Shown: piece after piece, positions 1 to 11,635 of the stretch
Position numbering within the stretch: the stretch's first letter is position 1
Layout: the number at the start of each line of letters is the position of its first letter
Assembly: GCF_001194135.2 (NCBI RefSeq)
Contig: NC_068981.1
Span: forward strand, 176,373,833-176,437,635
Reading direction: 5' to 3'
Length of the DNA stretch: 63,803 bases
Source: Octopus bimaculoides
Lineage: Eukaryota
Notes under the pieces: model-generated
Told to the model about the DNA's origin: nothing
Databases searched by the model: none
What the model saw: the letters and a program-made list of their open reading frames with translations, nothing else
Program-made: the position numbers and the translations under genes

Positions 1-260
1 AACAGAAGGCTTTACGGCCAGACGAGAAAAATTATGTGTGTATGAACGCGATGAGGCACGGAACCGAGAGACAAAGTGGTAGCGTGTGTTACTTGGCGAA
101 AGCCAAGGAAGGAAAGGATTATTGACCGGAAGCATGTGACCATGCCGGTGTAAAGGGAAGAGAGAGAGTGGTAGAGGGAGGAAGTAGAAGAATGGTGAGC
201 AACGAGAGGAAAAGAGAAAGAGAGGAAATACGAGGGGGAAAAAGGATATATATATATATA

Positions 261-652
261 TAGGCGCAGGAGTGGCTGTGTGGTAAGAAGCTTGCTTCCC
301 AACCACATAGTTACCATAGTTACCACTGTATAGTGGCACCTTGGGCAAGTGTCTTCTACTATAGTTTCAGGCTGACCAAAGCCTTGTGAGTGGATTTGGT
401 AGATGGAAACTGAAAAAAGCCCATCGGATATATATAGGTATGTGTGTGTGTGTATGTATGTGTTTGTGTGTCTGTGTTTGTCCCGCCACCTTCGCTTGAC
501 AACCAATGTTGGTGTGCTTATGTCCTCATAACTTAGTGGTTCGGCAAAAGAGACCAATAGAATAAGTACTAGGGTCGATTTGTTCGACTAAAGGCAGTGC
601 TCCAGCATGGCTGCAGTCAAATGACTGAAACAAATAAAAGAATAAAAGTAAA
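261..652 (+). mobile_element. SINE family A (tRNA-like head, central TA/TG microsatellite, 3' tail), full length
   Basis: Starts GGCGCAGGAGTGGCTGTGTGGTAAG and contains GGCACCTTGGGCAAGTGTCTTCTACTATAG and GGAAACTGAA. Ends CAGTCAAATGACTGAAACAAATAAAAG. The same sequence recurs more than 15 times in the window. Confidence 0.85.
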
Positions 653-658
653 GAAAAA

Positions 659-693
<35 letters not shown>

Positions 694-697
<4 letters not shown>

Positions 698-862
698 ACT
701 CTCTGAGTGGTTGGCGTTAGGAAGGGCATCCAGCTGTAGAAACTCTGCCAAATTAGATTGGAGCCTGGTGTTGCCATCCGGTTTCACCAGTCCTCAGTCA
801 AATCGTCCAACCCATGCTAGCATGGAAGGCGGACATTAAACGATGATGATGATGATGATGAT
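694..862 (+). mobile_element. SINE family B 3' part (RTE-like tail ending in (GAT)n)
   Basis: GGTTGGCGTTAGGAAGGGCATCCAGCTGTAGAAAC...CCAACCCATGCTAGCATGGAAGGCGGACATTAAAC(GAT)n; many copies in the window. Confidence 0.85.
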
Positions 863-865
863 AAA

Positions 866-2119
866 CAGACATGAAAGAAGTAAATTGACACCCTTATAAT
901 CATTAAAATTTATTTAAATCTGAAATGATACACTCAAATTATTTGTCAGTTGTTATAATGTGAACATTTAATATTTAGTAGACATGCTCTTTGCATTTTT
1001 CAATGCAAGGGCCCTATTAGGCATGTTACTGATCCGATGGTGAATATTCTCATGTAGAATTTCTTGCTAAGTTTCATGCAATAATCTCAAAAGATTTGGC
1101 TTTGAAGATGCTTTCTTGTTCTGTTTATGAAATGTCTTGTCCATTATGCCCCAGGGTGTTTTACAGAATTCTTATCTGGTGATTGGCTTGGCTATGGAAG
1201 TTTTCTAATGCCATTCTTTTCCAACAAATCTTGGGTCATTTTAACCGTGTGACAAGGTATCCCATCTTCAATAAGTAGAGAGTCTTCTTTAATCATTTCA
1301 CAACTGGAGAAGTTTTGAAGGAGTCCTTTCTGCAATATCGATGCATATTTATTTGAGTTTATCTTTCCCTCACACTCCACCAGCTCTGATCAACCATTGC
1401 TCCAAATTGTTCCCCAGACCATCAGAGAATAGCTGCTGTGTCTCAATGCTGGTTACAATCTTTTCACATCAAATTCTTGATCACAGAGTCTCCAGAACCA
1501 CACACGATCACCATCAGGAAATACAGTAAATCTGGACTCATCAGAGAATATGACAGTGTCCCAAAATGCTAGTGGCCTCTCCACCATCTCATTGGCCCAA
1601 TCTTTTTTCCGTTTCATGCTGGCTGGTCAAAGATGTGGCTTCCTTCTTGCTGCTCTGCCATAGTAACCAAGTTTGTGGAGATACCTGACAACTAAGCTGA
1701 AACAGACATCAACTTGTTCTGCTATGTCAGTGGTCTTGCAATGAGGATTATCCTCCACACTTCTCTTAGCAAAGAGAAGGACCCTGTCAGAGGGCCCTGG
1801 TTGATCTGGACAAGGTGATGTGGACTCCTTCCCTTCTCTGGTGAATTGCACAATCACTCTATTAACTGTAGAAAGTGAGATCCCAAGGTTTTCTGCGATT
1901 TTACGCTGACTATGTCCACCTTCAGAATGACCCCACAATACGGCCTCTTTGAAATTCAGACAGTTCCAAGGCTTCTTTTGTACATGGCATGATTAAACAG
2001 TCACATATAGAATCTGAAACATAAAAATGTCAATTAATAAGAAATATAAACCTTTACAAGTTACAATAAACAGATAATGATGTTTTATGGGGTGTCTATT
2101 TACTTCTAACACGTGCGTG
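866..2119 (-). mobile_element. Tc1-like DNA transposon, decayed, both TIRs present
   Basis: AGAAGTAAATTGACACCC at 876-893 is inverted against GGGTGTCTATTTACTTCT at 2090-2107. Transposase remnants lie between them. Confidence 0.85.
1140..1938 (-). pseudogene. Tc1 (DD34E) transposase pseudogene
   Basis: N-terminal HTH (SQRKIAENLGISLSTVNRVI), RKP motif, FWDTVIFSDES (first D), LLIEDGIPCH (second D) and *PSQSPDKNSVK (WPSQSPDLNPIE-like, 34 residues after the second D, E mutated to K). Stops and frameshifts present. Confidence 0.9.
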
Positions 2120-2526
2120 TATATATCGATATACACATATATGTATATATATANNNNNNNNNNNNNNNNNNNNNNNNNNNNNNNNNNNNNNNNNNNNNNN
2201 NNNNNNNNNNNNNNNNNNNNNNNNNNNNNNNNNNNNNNNNNNNNNNNNNNNNNNNNNNNNNNNNNNNNNNNNNNNNNNNNNNNNNNNNNNNNNNNNNNNN
2301 NNNNNNNNNNNNNNNNNNNNNNNNNNNNNNNNNNNNNNNNNNNNNNNNNNNNNNNNNNNNNNNNNNNNNNNNNNNNNNNNNNNNNNNNNNNNNNNNNNNN
2401 NNNNNNNNNNNNNNNNNNNNNNNNNNNNNNNNNNNNNNNNNNNNNNNNNNNNNNNNNNNNNNNNNNNNNNNNNNNNNNNNNNNNNNNNNNNNNNNNNNNN
2501 NNNNNNNNNNNNNNNNNNNNNNNNNN

Positions 2527-2568
<42 letters not shown>

Positions 2569-2609
2569 GCACACACACACACACATATGTTTATATATGA
2601 ATGTGTGTA

Positions 2610-2880
2610 TCCTCATCATCATTTAACATCTGTTTTCCATACTGACATGGGTTGGACAGTTTGACAGGAATTGGCCAGGCAGAAGACTACACCAGACTTC
2701 TGTGTCTGTTTTGGCATGATTTTTACGGTTGGATGCCCTTCCTAACATCAAACACTCCACCTCATTTCTACAGCTGAGTAAACTTGGGCAGCATGAATAA
2801 AGTGTCTTGCTCAAGACCACAATACACTGCCCACTCCAGGAATCAAACTCACTACCTCATGATTGTGAACCTGCTGGTCT
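2610..2880 (-). mobile_element. SINE with family-D-like tRNA head and RTE-like (B-type) tail
   Basis: Minus strand: head GATTGTGAG-like/GAGTTTGATTCCTGGAG, then TCTTGAGCAAGACACTTTATT, then GGAAGGGCATCCAACCGTAAAAA...CCAACCCATG...(GAT)n. Confidence 0.65.
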
Positions 2881-2985
2881 AAATTCTACAAGGCAGTGCT
2901 CAGCCATGGTTACAGTCCAATGAGTGAAACAAGTATATAAAAGAGTGAAGTATGGGTTGAGTTGGGGTTGATTTGACTGCTATTT

Positions 2986-3220
2986 CTTATTTCTTTACTG
3001 CCCACAAGAGTCTATTCACAGAGGGGACAAACAAGGACAGACAAATGGATTAAGTCGATTATATCGACCCCAATGCGTAACTGGTACTTATTTAATCGAC
3101 CCCAAAAGGATGAAAGGCAATGTCGACCTCGACGGAATTTGAACTCAGAACATAGTGGCAGACGAAATACCGCTAAGCGTTTCGCCTGGCGTGCTAACGT
3201 TTCTGCCAGCTCGTTGCCTT
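2986..3220 (-). mobile_element. SINE family C, full length
   Basis: Minus strand: GAGCTGGCAGAAACGTTAGCACGCC head, GAGTTCAAATTCC B-box-like, GAGGTCGAC..TGCCTTTCATCC..GGGGTCGATTAAATAAGTACCAG core, tail ending AAAGAAATA. Confidence 0.85.
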
Positions 3221-4154
3221 ATTTTTGACTGCTATTGCTAGCACGTTGAACAAGTACGTGAAGGATCCTCTCTCTCACTCCTCATTGGTTCAAAAAAACA
3301 AAGAAAAAAACAAAAATTTAACCCATGGCATGTGTGTCCTTGTGGTGTCCCAGTGACCCAATAATTCATGGACTACATCAACCATATATGGTAGCGAGTA
3401 TTAGGTGTTACAATACAGGTAGGGGGAGGGGGGAAATACACCCAGGAGACCTGGAAGTCAGATTTTTGGTGGGAAGTGATGGAATAAAGCTGGTTGAGGG
3501 AAGGAGAGAGAGAGAGTGGGGGGAGAGAGAGATATCTTGGAATTAGAGGAAAGGGGTTGTCAGAGCTGACCTATCCATAAAAATGCTGCTGAAAAGGGCC
3601 TCCCACCACTAAGGAAATAATTAAGACATAGGCTGAAAGAAATAGGGGACAGTAATTTCGGTGGACATGTCAATCAAAGTCTAGTCTGGAGGAAGGAATG
3701 TTGAATATTAAATAAAAGAAAATTGGAGACAATGACAAGTAGCAACAATAAAAACTAATGATGGTGAATGCTGTGGTGGTGGTAGTGGTGGTNNNNNNNN
3801 NNTGATGATGAAAGGAGGAAGGAGAAAGAGGATGTAATAATAAAGATAGTGATGACAAGGAGGAAGACAATGTAGTGATGGTGGTAGTGGTGGTAGTGGT
3901 GGTGATGGTGGTGGTGGTGGTGGTGGTGGTGATGATAGTGGTAGCGCTGCTGCTGCTGATGATGACAATGCTAATGGTGTCCGCAGTGGTTGTCATGTAG
4001 ACTATGACAATGTCCTCAACAGCGGTAGTAACGAGTGATGGTGAAAATGGCAATCAATGATGATGATGATGATGACAACAACAACAATGACAACGATAAT
4101 CCTGATCATGAAGGAGGAGGAAAGGGATAATGACAATAATGGTGCTGACGATAA

Positions 4155-4375
4155 TAATGATTTCAGATTTTGGTACAAGGCCAGCAATTTCAGTGGGGAA
4201 AGCCTAAGTCAATTACATCAACCCCAATGCTCAACTAGTATTTATTTTATTGATCCTGAGAGGATAAAAGGTAAAATTGACCCCAGCAGAATTTGAACTC
4301 AGAATGTATGGACAGAAGGAATGCTACTTAGCATTTTACCCAGTGTGCTAACAGTTCTGCTAGCTCACTGCCTTC
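4155..4375 (-). mobile_element. SINE family C (alternative tail), diverged
   Basis: GAATTTGAACTCAGAA, GGATAAAAGGTAAAATTGACC and TTGGTACAAGGCCAGCAATTT match the other C copies. Confidence 0.7.
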
Positions 4376-4720
4376 TTCATCATCATCATCACCGTTTAAC
4401 GTCTGCCTTCCATGCTAGCATGGGTTGGACGAATTGACTGAGGACTGGTGAACCGGATGGCTGCACCAGGCTCCAATCTGATCTGGCAAAGTTTCTACAG
4501 CTGGATGCCCTTCCTAACGCCAACCACTCAGAGAGTGTAGTGGGTGCTTTTACGTGCCACCAACATGAGGGCCAGTCACACGGTACTGGCAACGGCCACG
4601 CTCAAAAAGGTGTTTTTTACGTGCCACCTGCACAGGAGCCAGTCCAGTGGCACTGGCAACGACCTCACTCAAATGATTTTCTAGCGTGCCACCAGCACAA
4701 GTGCTAGAAAGTGACGCCTT
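4376..4720 (-). mobile_element. SINE family B
   Basis: (CAT)n-GTTTAACGTC..CCATGCTAGCATGGGTTGGACG..CTGGATGCCCTTCCTAACGCCAACCAC plus internal GTGCCACC subrepeats. Confidence 0.85.
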
Positions 4721-5629
4721 ATTAATAATAATAACAGTAGCGAAAATTTTAATGGTGGGAGGGGAATTCTTTATGAAAGGAAATGAACCAAGATCTTGTG
4801 GCCAGGTCTCAGTTCTGAACACAGGGCTGAAAGATGCAGAATCAACTCAAGTCATTGTGATGATCAAACTATCACCTCAGATTCTCATTCACAGTTCCAG
4901 CAGATTCAAATGCAAATATTCTAGTCATGTTGTGTATGTCACAGCAGCTTCAAATACCAACCAATATGCTGGTTATTATGCACCACACAGGAGAACAGGT
5001 TTTTTTTTTTACCTTTTTACAATGAACAATGTATTCATAACACACTTGATTTATTAGTACAAGGGATTCTGGATCATGTGTGCTTCAATATGTTGAGTCT
5101 TGTGAACCAGAAGTGCCCAGACCCTTCGAGCCTAAAATGGCCACTGGCTTCCTTGTTGATTTTTGCAGATGAATACTTCACTCATCAGTGCTTATAGCTA
5201 CCAACCAATGAAAAACATTCATTATTTGTACTGAGTACAGTGAAATTTAAAATGATAACTTATATAATTACTTTTGTGATGTTCCAGCAGATTCAAATGT
5301 CTATATGCTAGTTGCTGTTTTATATATCAAAAGAGAACAATGTTTCCTTTTAATACCTACAATGTCTTCAGAACACACTTGGCTCACTGGTGCAAGAGAT
5401 ATTGAGAGTGTGTTATGAACACACTGTTGTTATAAAAGCAAGTTGTTCTCCTGTAATGCACACAAAAGCAACAAGCTTATTGAGTTTGAATTTGTGGCAA
5501 TATATTAACTATAAATATGCAAATTATTGTTTGATATATTCAGCTTTTCATGCCAGAACATTGCTTTCTTTGAGATGGTCAGTGTGATGCCCTTTATTTC
5601 TAACCATAGTGCCAAATAAAACAAATTGT

Positions 5630-5631
5630 TG

Positions 5632-5693
<62 letters not shown>
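5630..5693. repeat. (ATT)n microsatellite, left flank of R4/Dong-like insert
   Basis: Perfect ATT run. Confidence 0.95.
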
Positions 5694-5967
5694 CCCCAGT
5701 AGTTTTATTTTTATAACGTGCTTTCACTTCACTACCGAGCGCAGCTCTGTGTGCCTTGGGTATGTGCTGTGGTTTGCTGTGGTGCTCTTATGGTTACTGT
5801 ATTGGAAGTGTTTTGCGTAGGATGTGTGCAGTGCCTAGTAATGCAATTTTCTGTATGTTATATATATTTGTAAGTCCTGGTGTTTTTGTTATGTATTTGT
5901 CTGAATATCTTTTTATCATACCTAAGGTGCCTACTATGATAGGAATTGTTTCTGTTTTTAGATTCCA

Positions 5968-5970
<3 letters not shown>
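5694..5970 (-). mobile_element. 5'-truncated non-LTR retrotransposon end with restriction-like endonuclease C-terminus (R4/Dong-like)
   Basis: Minus frame MWNLKTETIPIIVGTLGMIKRYSDKYITKTPGLTNIYNIQKIALLGTAHILRKTLPIQ* matches the PIxxGxLG ... QKxALLGTAxILR C-terminus of RLE-type elements. About 100 nt of 3' UTR follow, and (TAA)n flanks both sides. Confidence 0.8.

Positions 5971-6040
<70 letters not shown>
5971..6040. repeat. (ATT)n microsatellite, right flank of R4/Dong-like insert
   Basis: Perfect ATT run. Confidence 0.95.
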
Positions 6041-6107
6041 GGTGAGCTGGCCAAATCATTAGCATGCTGGATGAAATGCTTAGCAGTATTTCGCCTGTTA
6101 CAATATC

Positions 6108-6375
6108 TTTCCTAATGCCAACCACTCCGAGAGTGTAGTGGGTGCTTTTACGTGCCACCAGCATGAAGGCCAGTCAAGCGGTTCTGGCAATGACCACGCT
6201 CAAAAGGTGATTTTTATGTGCTACCTGCATGGGAGCCAGTCTGGTGGCATTGGCAACGACCACACTCGAATGTTGTTTTTCATGTACCTGGTAAGGTGAC
6301 ACTAGCAATGATCATGCTCGGATGTGCTTTAACATTCCACTGGTACGAATGCCAATCAGGCGGTACTGTCATTGT
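6108..6375 (-). mobile_element. SINE family B internal fragment interrupting a family C head (about 6040-6107)
   Basis: TTCCTAATGCCAACCACTCCGAGAGTGTAGTGGGTGC follows GGTGAGCTGGCC..AAATGCTTAGCAGTATTTCG. Confidence 0.7.
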
Positions 6376-6393
6376 GTATATATATATATATGT

Positions 6394-6424
<31 letters not shown>

Positions 6425-6432
6425 TAGATATA

Positions 6433-7204
6433 CTTAGTCTGATCAATAGGTATCTGGATTGTTGCCATAGTAACGAAGCTAAAGCATGTAAAGTGAAGCC
6501 CCTTGACACAGACTGACCATGAGCTCTGCAGTGCACGTGCACAAAGTTTTAACATTCTAGTTCATTTCCGCTGTTTACAGCAGTGCTTGGAAGGAAGGTG
6601 TGTAGCGTGTGATCATCTCATTACCATGACAGAGAAAGTTGAGCAAAGAATCTGTATCAAATTTTGCCAAAAAGCTTGGTGATACCTGCTCAGAGGTCTA
6701 CACAAAGCTTTCAAAAAGTTTCATCGTTCTCAACACAATCAAGATGTTGAGCAACTGAAACCCAAATGTCTTTTTGGTCAGCTGAAAGCAGTTTGGGCAC
6801 AAACTTGGTAGATATGCACTTCATGCCCAAATCTTCAGTGATAATAGACTGAACTGAACTGTAACTAATCTGCACATCTTCTGATAATTCACTGATGGTG
6901 ATTCAATGATTTCCTCTCACAGCTGCATGCATATCTGTGATGTTTTTCTCAGTTCTGCTGGTTGTGGGGCTCCCAGAACATTCGGCAATATCGGCATTTT
7001 TTCAGCTACTTTGGGAATGTCTGAACCACTCAAACATCTTGGAAATGTCTGAACCACTCAAGCAATGCTGTAAACAGTGGAATGTTAAAACTTGGTGATC
7101 ATTCACAGCAGAGTTCAAGGTCAATCTGTGTCAAGCAGCCTTACACTATGTGCTTTAGCTTCTTTACTATGGCAACAGTTCAGATACTTGTTGATCAGAC
7201 CTCG
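6433..7204. mobile_element. Non-autonomous mariner-derived element with about 150-bp TIRs and TA TSD
   Basis: TA at 6431-32 and 7205-06. Left arm GTCTGATCAATAGGTATCTGGATTGTTGCCATAGTAACGAAGCTAAAGCA is inverted against the right arm. MTEKVEQRICIKFC starts at 6626 (+) and an EWFRH..SGSPTTSRT..ITISELSE remnant lies on the minus strand. Confidence 0.85.
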
Positions 7205-7569
7205 TATACACACACACACACACACACAGGCACATTTATATATACTTACACTTCCACATGCATACGGAGGCAAACGTGCACATGATCATGGATGCAAATG
7301 AAACACATGCACACAGATATACACTACCAAATGATGAAGGAATGCAACATTAATGTCATCAAAGCCGAAATATTTTTATCGTTTGTTTTTATTTTCCCTT
7401 TATAGCTAAATATTTATAACAGACTAAATTCTGTTCCATACAGCAATCATGTGTTGAAGATTTCATTTCAAAGGGACTGTATGAGTTTAGTTGACATTTT
7501 CTGAGATTTATTTTCCACAAAATTAATCCTATTTATTCACATGTTATGACTAAAAATGTAGTATTTGTT

Positions 7570-7586
7570 ATAAGTGTTATTGTTAG

Positions 7587-7652
<66 letters not shown>

Positions 7653-7675
7653 TATTATTATTATCATCATCCTTA

Positions 7676-7721
<46 letters not shown>

Positions 7722-7745
7722 CATCATCATCATCATTGTTCTTGT
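7570..7745. repeat. (ATT)n/(CAT)n compound microsatellite
   Basis: Direct reading. Confidence 0.95.
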
Positions 7746-8096
7746 TATTGTTGACTTTGTTCTAGTTTCTATAGCATTATATAACCAGCAACACACAGTG
7801 ACATTTTGATATTGTTGGGGGACAGTAGATATATATTGTCAGTCCAGATGAAACGACTCCGTAGCGTAATTGATAGTCAAACAAATCTGTTTGTTGATAT
7901 GAGTCTACAAATGTGGCAGCATTTACATTTCAACCCACCTCTGGATTTCCTCCAGATTAACAAGATTTAAATAAAATATAACTCACTGAGAGGTCACATG
8001 ATCATATATACAATCACATACAGACTCACATGCAATCGTCCCGCACTGTTTTGCATTACACTGCAGTTTATATGTATATAGACATGTAGCTCAAAT

Positions 8097-8265
8097 TTAC
8101 AAAAGACAAAAGATGAAGACAGGTGAGGGAACCACAAGCAAGTGTATTAGTTTGATGCTTGAGAAGAATGGAAAAGTCTTTGATGTTTCGAGCCTATGCT
8201 CTTCAACAGCAAGGGTTGAGAAGGAAAAAAATAGAGAGAAAGAAAAAAATGTAGGGATTAATGGT
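8097..8265 (-). mobile_element. Interspersed repeat family G (Penelope-like terminal repeat fragment with decayed hammerhead core)
   Basis: Homologous to 56805-56960. Minus strand CTGTTGA-A-GAGC-ATAG-GCTC-GAAAC-ATC. Confidence 0.55.
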
Positions 8266-8304
8266 TCATCTATATACATATATGTGTGTGTGTATGTATG
8301 TATT

Positions 8305-8655
8305 TCATCATCATCATCATCATTGTTTAACGTCCACTTTCCATGCTAGCATGGGTTGGACGATTTGACTGGGGACTGGCGAACCAGGTGGTTACATCAG
8401 GCTCCAATCTGATTTTGCAGAGTTTCTACAGCTGGATGCCCTTCCTAACACCAACCACTCCGAGAGTGTAGTGGGTGCTTTTACATGCCACCGGCATGAA
8501 GGCCAGTCAGGCAGTACTGGAAACAGCCATGCTCAAAATGGTGTATTTTACATGCTACCTGCACAGGAGCCAGTCCAGCTGCACTGGCAACGATCTCGCT
8601 CAAATGTCTTTACACGTGCCACCAGCACAAGTGCTAGGAAGGCGACGCCAGGCAC
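8305..8655 (-). mobile_element. SINE family B
   Basis: Same tail and subrepeats as 4376-4720. Confidence 0.85.
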
Positions 8656-8705
8656 AGATACTATCATAATTTCACTTTTGCTTGCCCTAGAGAGAGAGAG
8701 AGAAA

Positions 8706-8759
<54 letters not shown>

Positions 8760-9139
8760 TATAGATAGATAGATAGATACATTGATATATACAAGTATGT
8801 TGCACCTGCACAAGTGCTTTTTATATGACGCCAGCAACAGTGGGGTTGCCAAATAGCTTGCAAGAAAACTAAGAGGTCTTTGTCCATGCAAGTTACTTGG
8901 CAACCCTGCTAGTGCTGGTGACAAATAAAAAGCACCTGTCCTGGTGCCACATAAAAAACACCTGAGCTGGTGTGATGTAACAAGCACCCAGTATGCTATT
9001 TAAAGGATTTGGCATTAGGAAGAGCATCCAGCTATAGAGACCATGGCAAACAGACAAATGGATCCTGATGCAGCTCTCTGACTCACCAGCTCCAGGCAAA
9101 CTATCCAACACAGGCCAGCATGGATAGCAGATGCTAAAT

Positions 9140-9153
9140 CATGATGATGATGG

Positions 9154-9194
<41 letters not shown>

Positions 9195-9324
9195 GTGGTG
9201 ATGGTGGTGGTGGTGGCGGTGGCGGTGGCGGTGGTGGTGATGATGATGATGATGATGATGATAACAATGATGATGATGATGATGATAATGATGATGATGG
9301 TGGTGGTGGTGGTGGTGGTGGTGG

Positions 9325-9363
<39 letters not shown>

Positions 9364-9365
9364 CG
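9140..9365. repeat. (GAT)n/(GGT)n compound microsatellite
   Basis: Direct reading; source of spurious poly-D/M/S ORFs. Confidence 0.95.
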
Positions 9366-9878
9366 ACGAATACAACGTTAATGCAAATTGACAGCTATAG
9401 ATATATATATATATATATATACACACACAAATGTGCATGTGTACTTAGTCCATGTGTTCAGAAGCTTTATCTGTACTACATTTCCACTTTATTTATCAAT
9501 AATAAAATTTGTTTAATAGTCACACACCTATTTGGTCAGAGATAAGGAGTGATTTTACTTCCCGGCCACCATTTAATGGGCGAGTATGACGCAAGAATCA
9601 CACTTCCATCCACCCACCCACCTCAAAACACGCCAACATTTCACTCCTCCTTTTCCTCCATACACAGCAACATGGGATTTTTCATTCATGAATATAGGCA
9701 CAGGCGTGGCTGAGTGATACGAAGCTTGCTTCTCAACCACATGGTTCAAGGTTCAGTCCCCCTTTCATCCTTTGGGACTCAACAAAATAAGTACCAGTTG
9801 AGTACTGGGGGTCAATGTAATTGATTAATCCCCATCCATCGAATTGCTGGCCTTGTGCCAAAATCTAAAATCATTATA

Positions 9879-9917
<39 letters not shown>

Positions 9918-9918
<1 letters not shown>

Positions 9919-10175
9919 GCTGGATGCCCTTCCTAACGCCAACCACTCTGAGAGTGTAGTGGGTGCTTTTATGTGCCTCGTGCTGGTGGCACGTAAAAGC
10001 ACCCACTACACTCTCGGAGCAGTTGGCGTTAGGAAGGGTATCCAGCTGTAGAAACTCTGCCAGATCAGATTGGAGCCTGGTGTAGCCATCTGGTCCACCA
10101 GTCCTCAGTCAAATCATCCAACCCATGCTAGCATAGAAAGTGGATGTTAAACGATGATGATGATGATGATGATGA
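9918..10175. mobile_element. Family B copy with fold-back 5' end (60-bp inverted arms)
   Basis: 9918-9977 is the reverse complement of 9988-10047. The plus-strand tail continues to (GAT)n at about 10175. Confidence 0.85.
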
Positions 10176-11590
10176 TATTTTTTGAATTCAAATTCCACTG
10201 AAGTTAACTTTGCTTTTCATTCTTTCAGGGTTGAGAAAATAAGTACCAGTTATGCACTGGAGTTGATGCAATTGACTTAGCCTCTCTCACAAAATTACTG
10301 ACCTTGAGCCAAAATTTACAGAGTGTTTGCTGTTAGGAAGGGCATCCAGCCATAGAAACCATGCTAAAACAGACACAGAGGTCTGGTGCAGTCTGCCTGG
10401 CCAGCTCCTGTCAAACTGTCCAACTCATGCCAGCATGGAAGGCAGACATTAAGAGACAATTAAGATGATGATGCTTACCCTAGTTCAGCCCTGATTGAGT
10501 AAATCTATTTTCAAAGGTGTTCAAAAGTGCTCCATCCATAAGAATCCTCTCTTTTTGTGTACCTGTCCTTTCCTTCTAAAACAGACAGGCACGAGTTGAG
10601 GGAATTTAGCTGTTATTTCTAGCAGGTCAGACATTCAAATAGAAACTTCACCAGTTTATTGTTATTGTTGTTACAATTGTTAAAATTATTGTTGTTGTTG
10701 CTGTTTTATTTTGATTCGTATATTTGATCTTCATATGATTTTTACTACCTAACATTTAAAATTCCAATTTAATCTGATTGAATGAATGCTTGCGAAGAAT
10801 GAGGCAATAATTTTTTTTCTTGTAAAGGTGGTCAAAAAAATAGACAGCTGCAAAAGATAGCAAATAAAATAAAATACTATAAAATTAAAATAAAATGTTA
10901 AAAAAAAAAATTGAATTTTCTAAGGGATAAATTTTCAGTACAAAGGAAACCCAGGAGAAAGAATTACTGACAATATTACAAATTAATGTTTTCAAAGAAA
11001 AGTTTTAAGGACTCGTTTTTTTTTTTTTTTGTTATGGAGGGTGAGAACTATTTCACAAATCACACACATACACAACAAATATACACTCACACATGCATAT
11101 ATGTACACATATATATGACGTTTCCCTTTTGTTATCTTAGTTCCTTATCTTTCGCTTCAACTTTCACACCAACGAACAGATGAACAGAAAGATTAAGATT
11201 ATTAGACAGAGACACAGAGAGAGAAAGAACTTAGTCAGGAAGGGAAGAAGCTAGTCGGAAGAATTGGCTAACAAACAATGAGAATCCAGAGTGTCTGGAT
11301 GTTTCTCGCAGATGCGAGGTAATGTTAAATGAACAGACAAAAATAAATAACCATATGAAAAAAATAAACAAATACATAATTAATAAGGTTTACTAGAAGT
11401 GATGATTAACTATTTAGTTTAGTAAAAACCTTTCTGATGACTGGTGTTGGTAATATTGATTTTTAGTATTTCCATTGGTTCAAAGCCATAAATATATCAG
11501 GAAGAAAAGGTTGACTGGATTGATTTCCAATATGTGTATGTGCATGTGTGTGTGTGTGTGTGTGTGTGCTTGCATGCATGCGTGTGTGTG

Positions 11591-11635
<45 letters not shown>

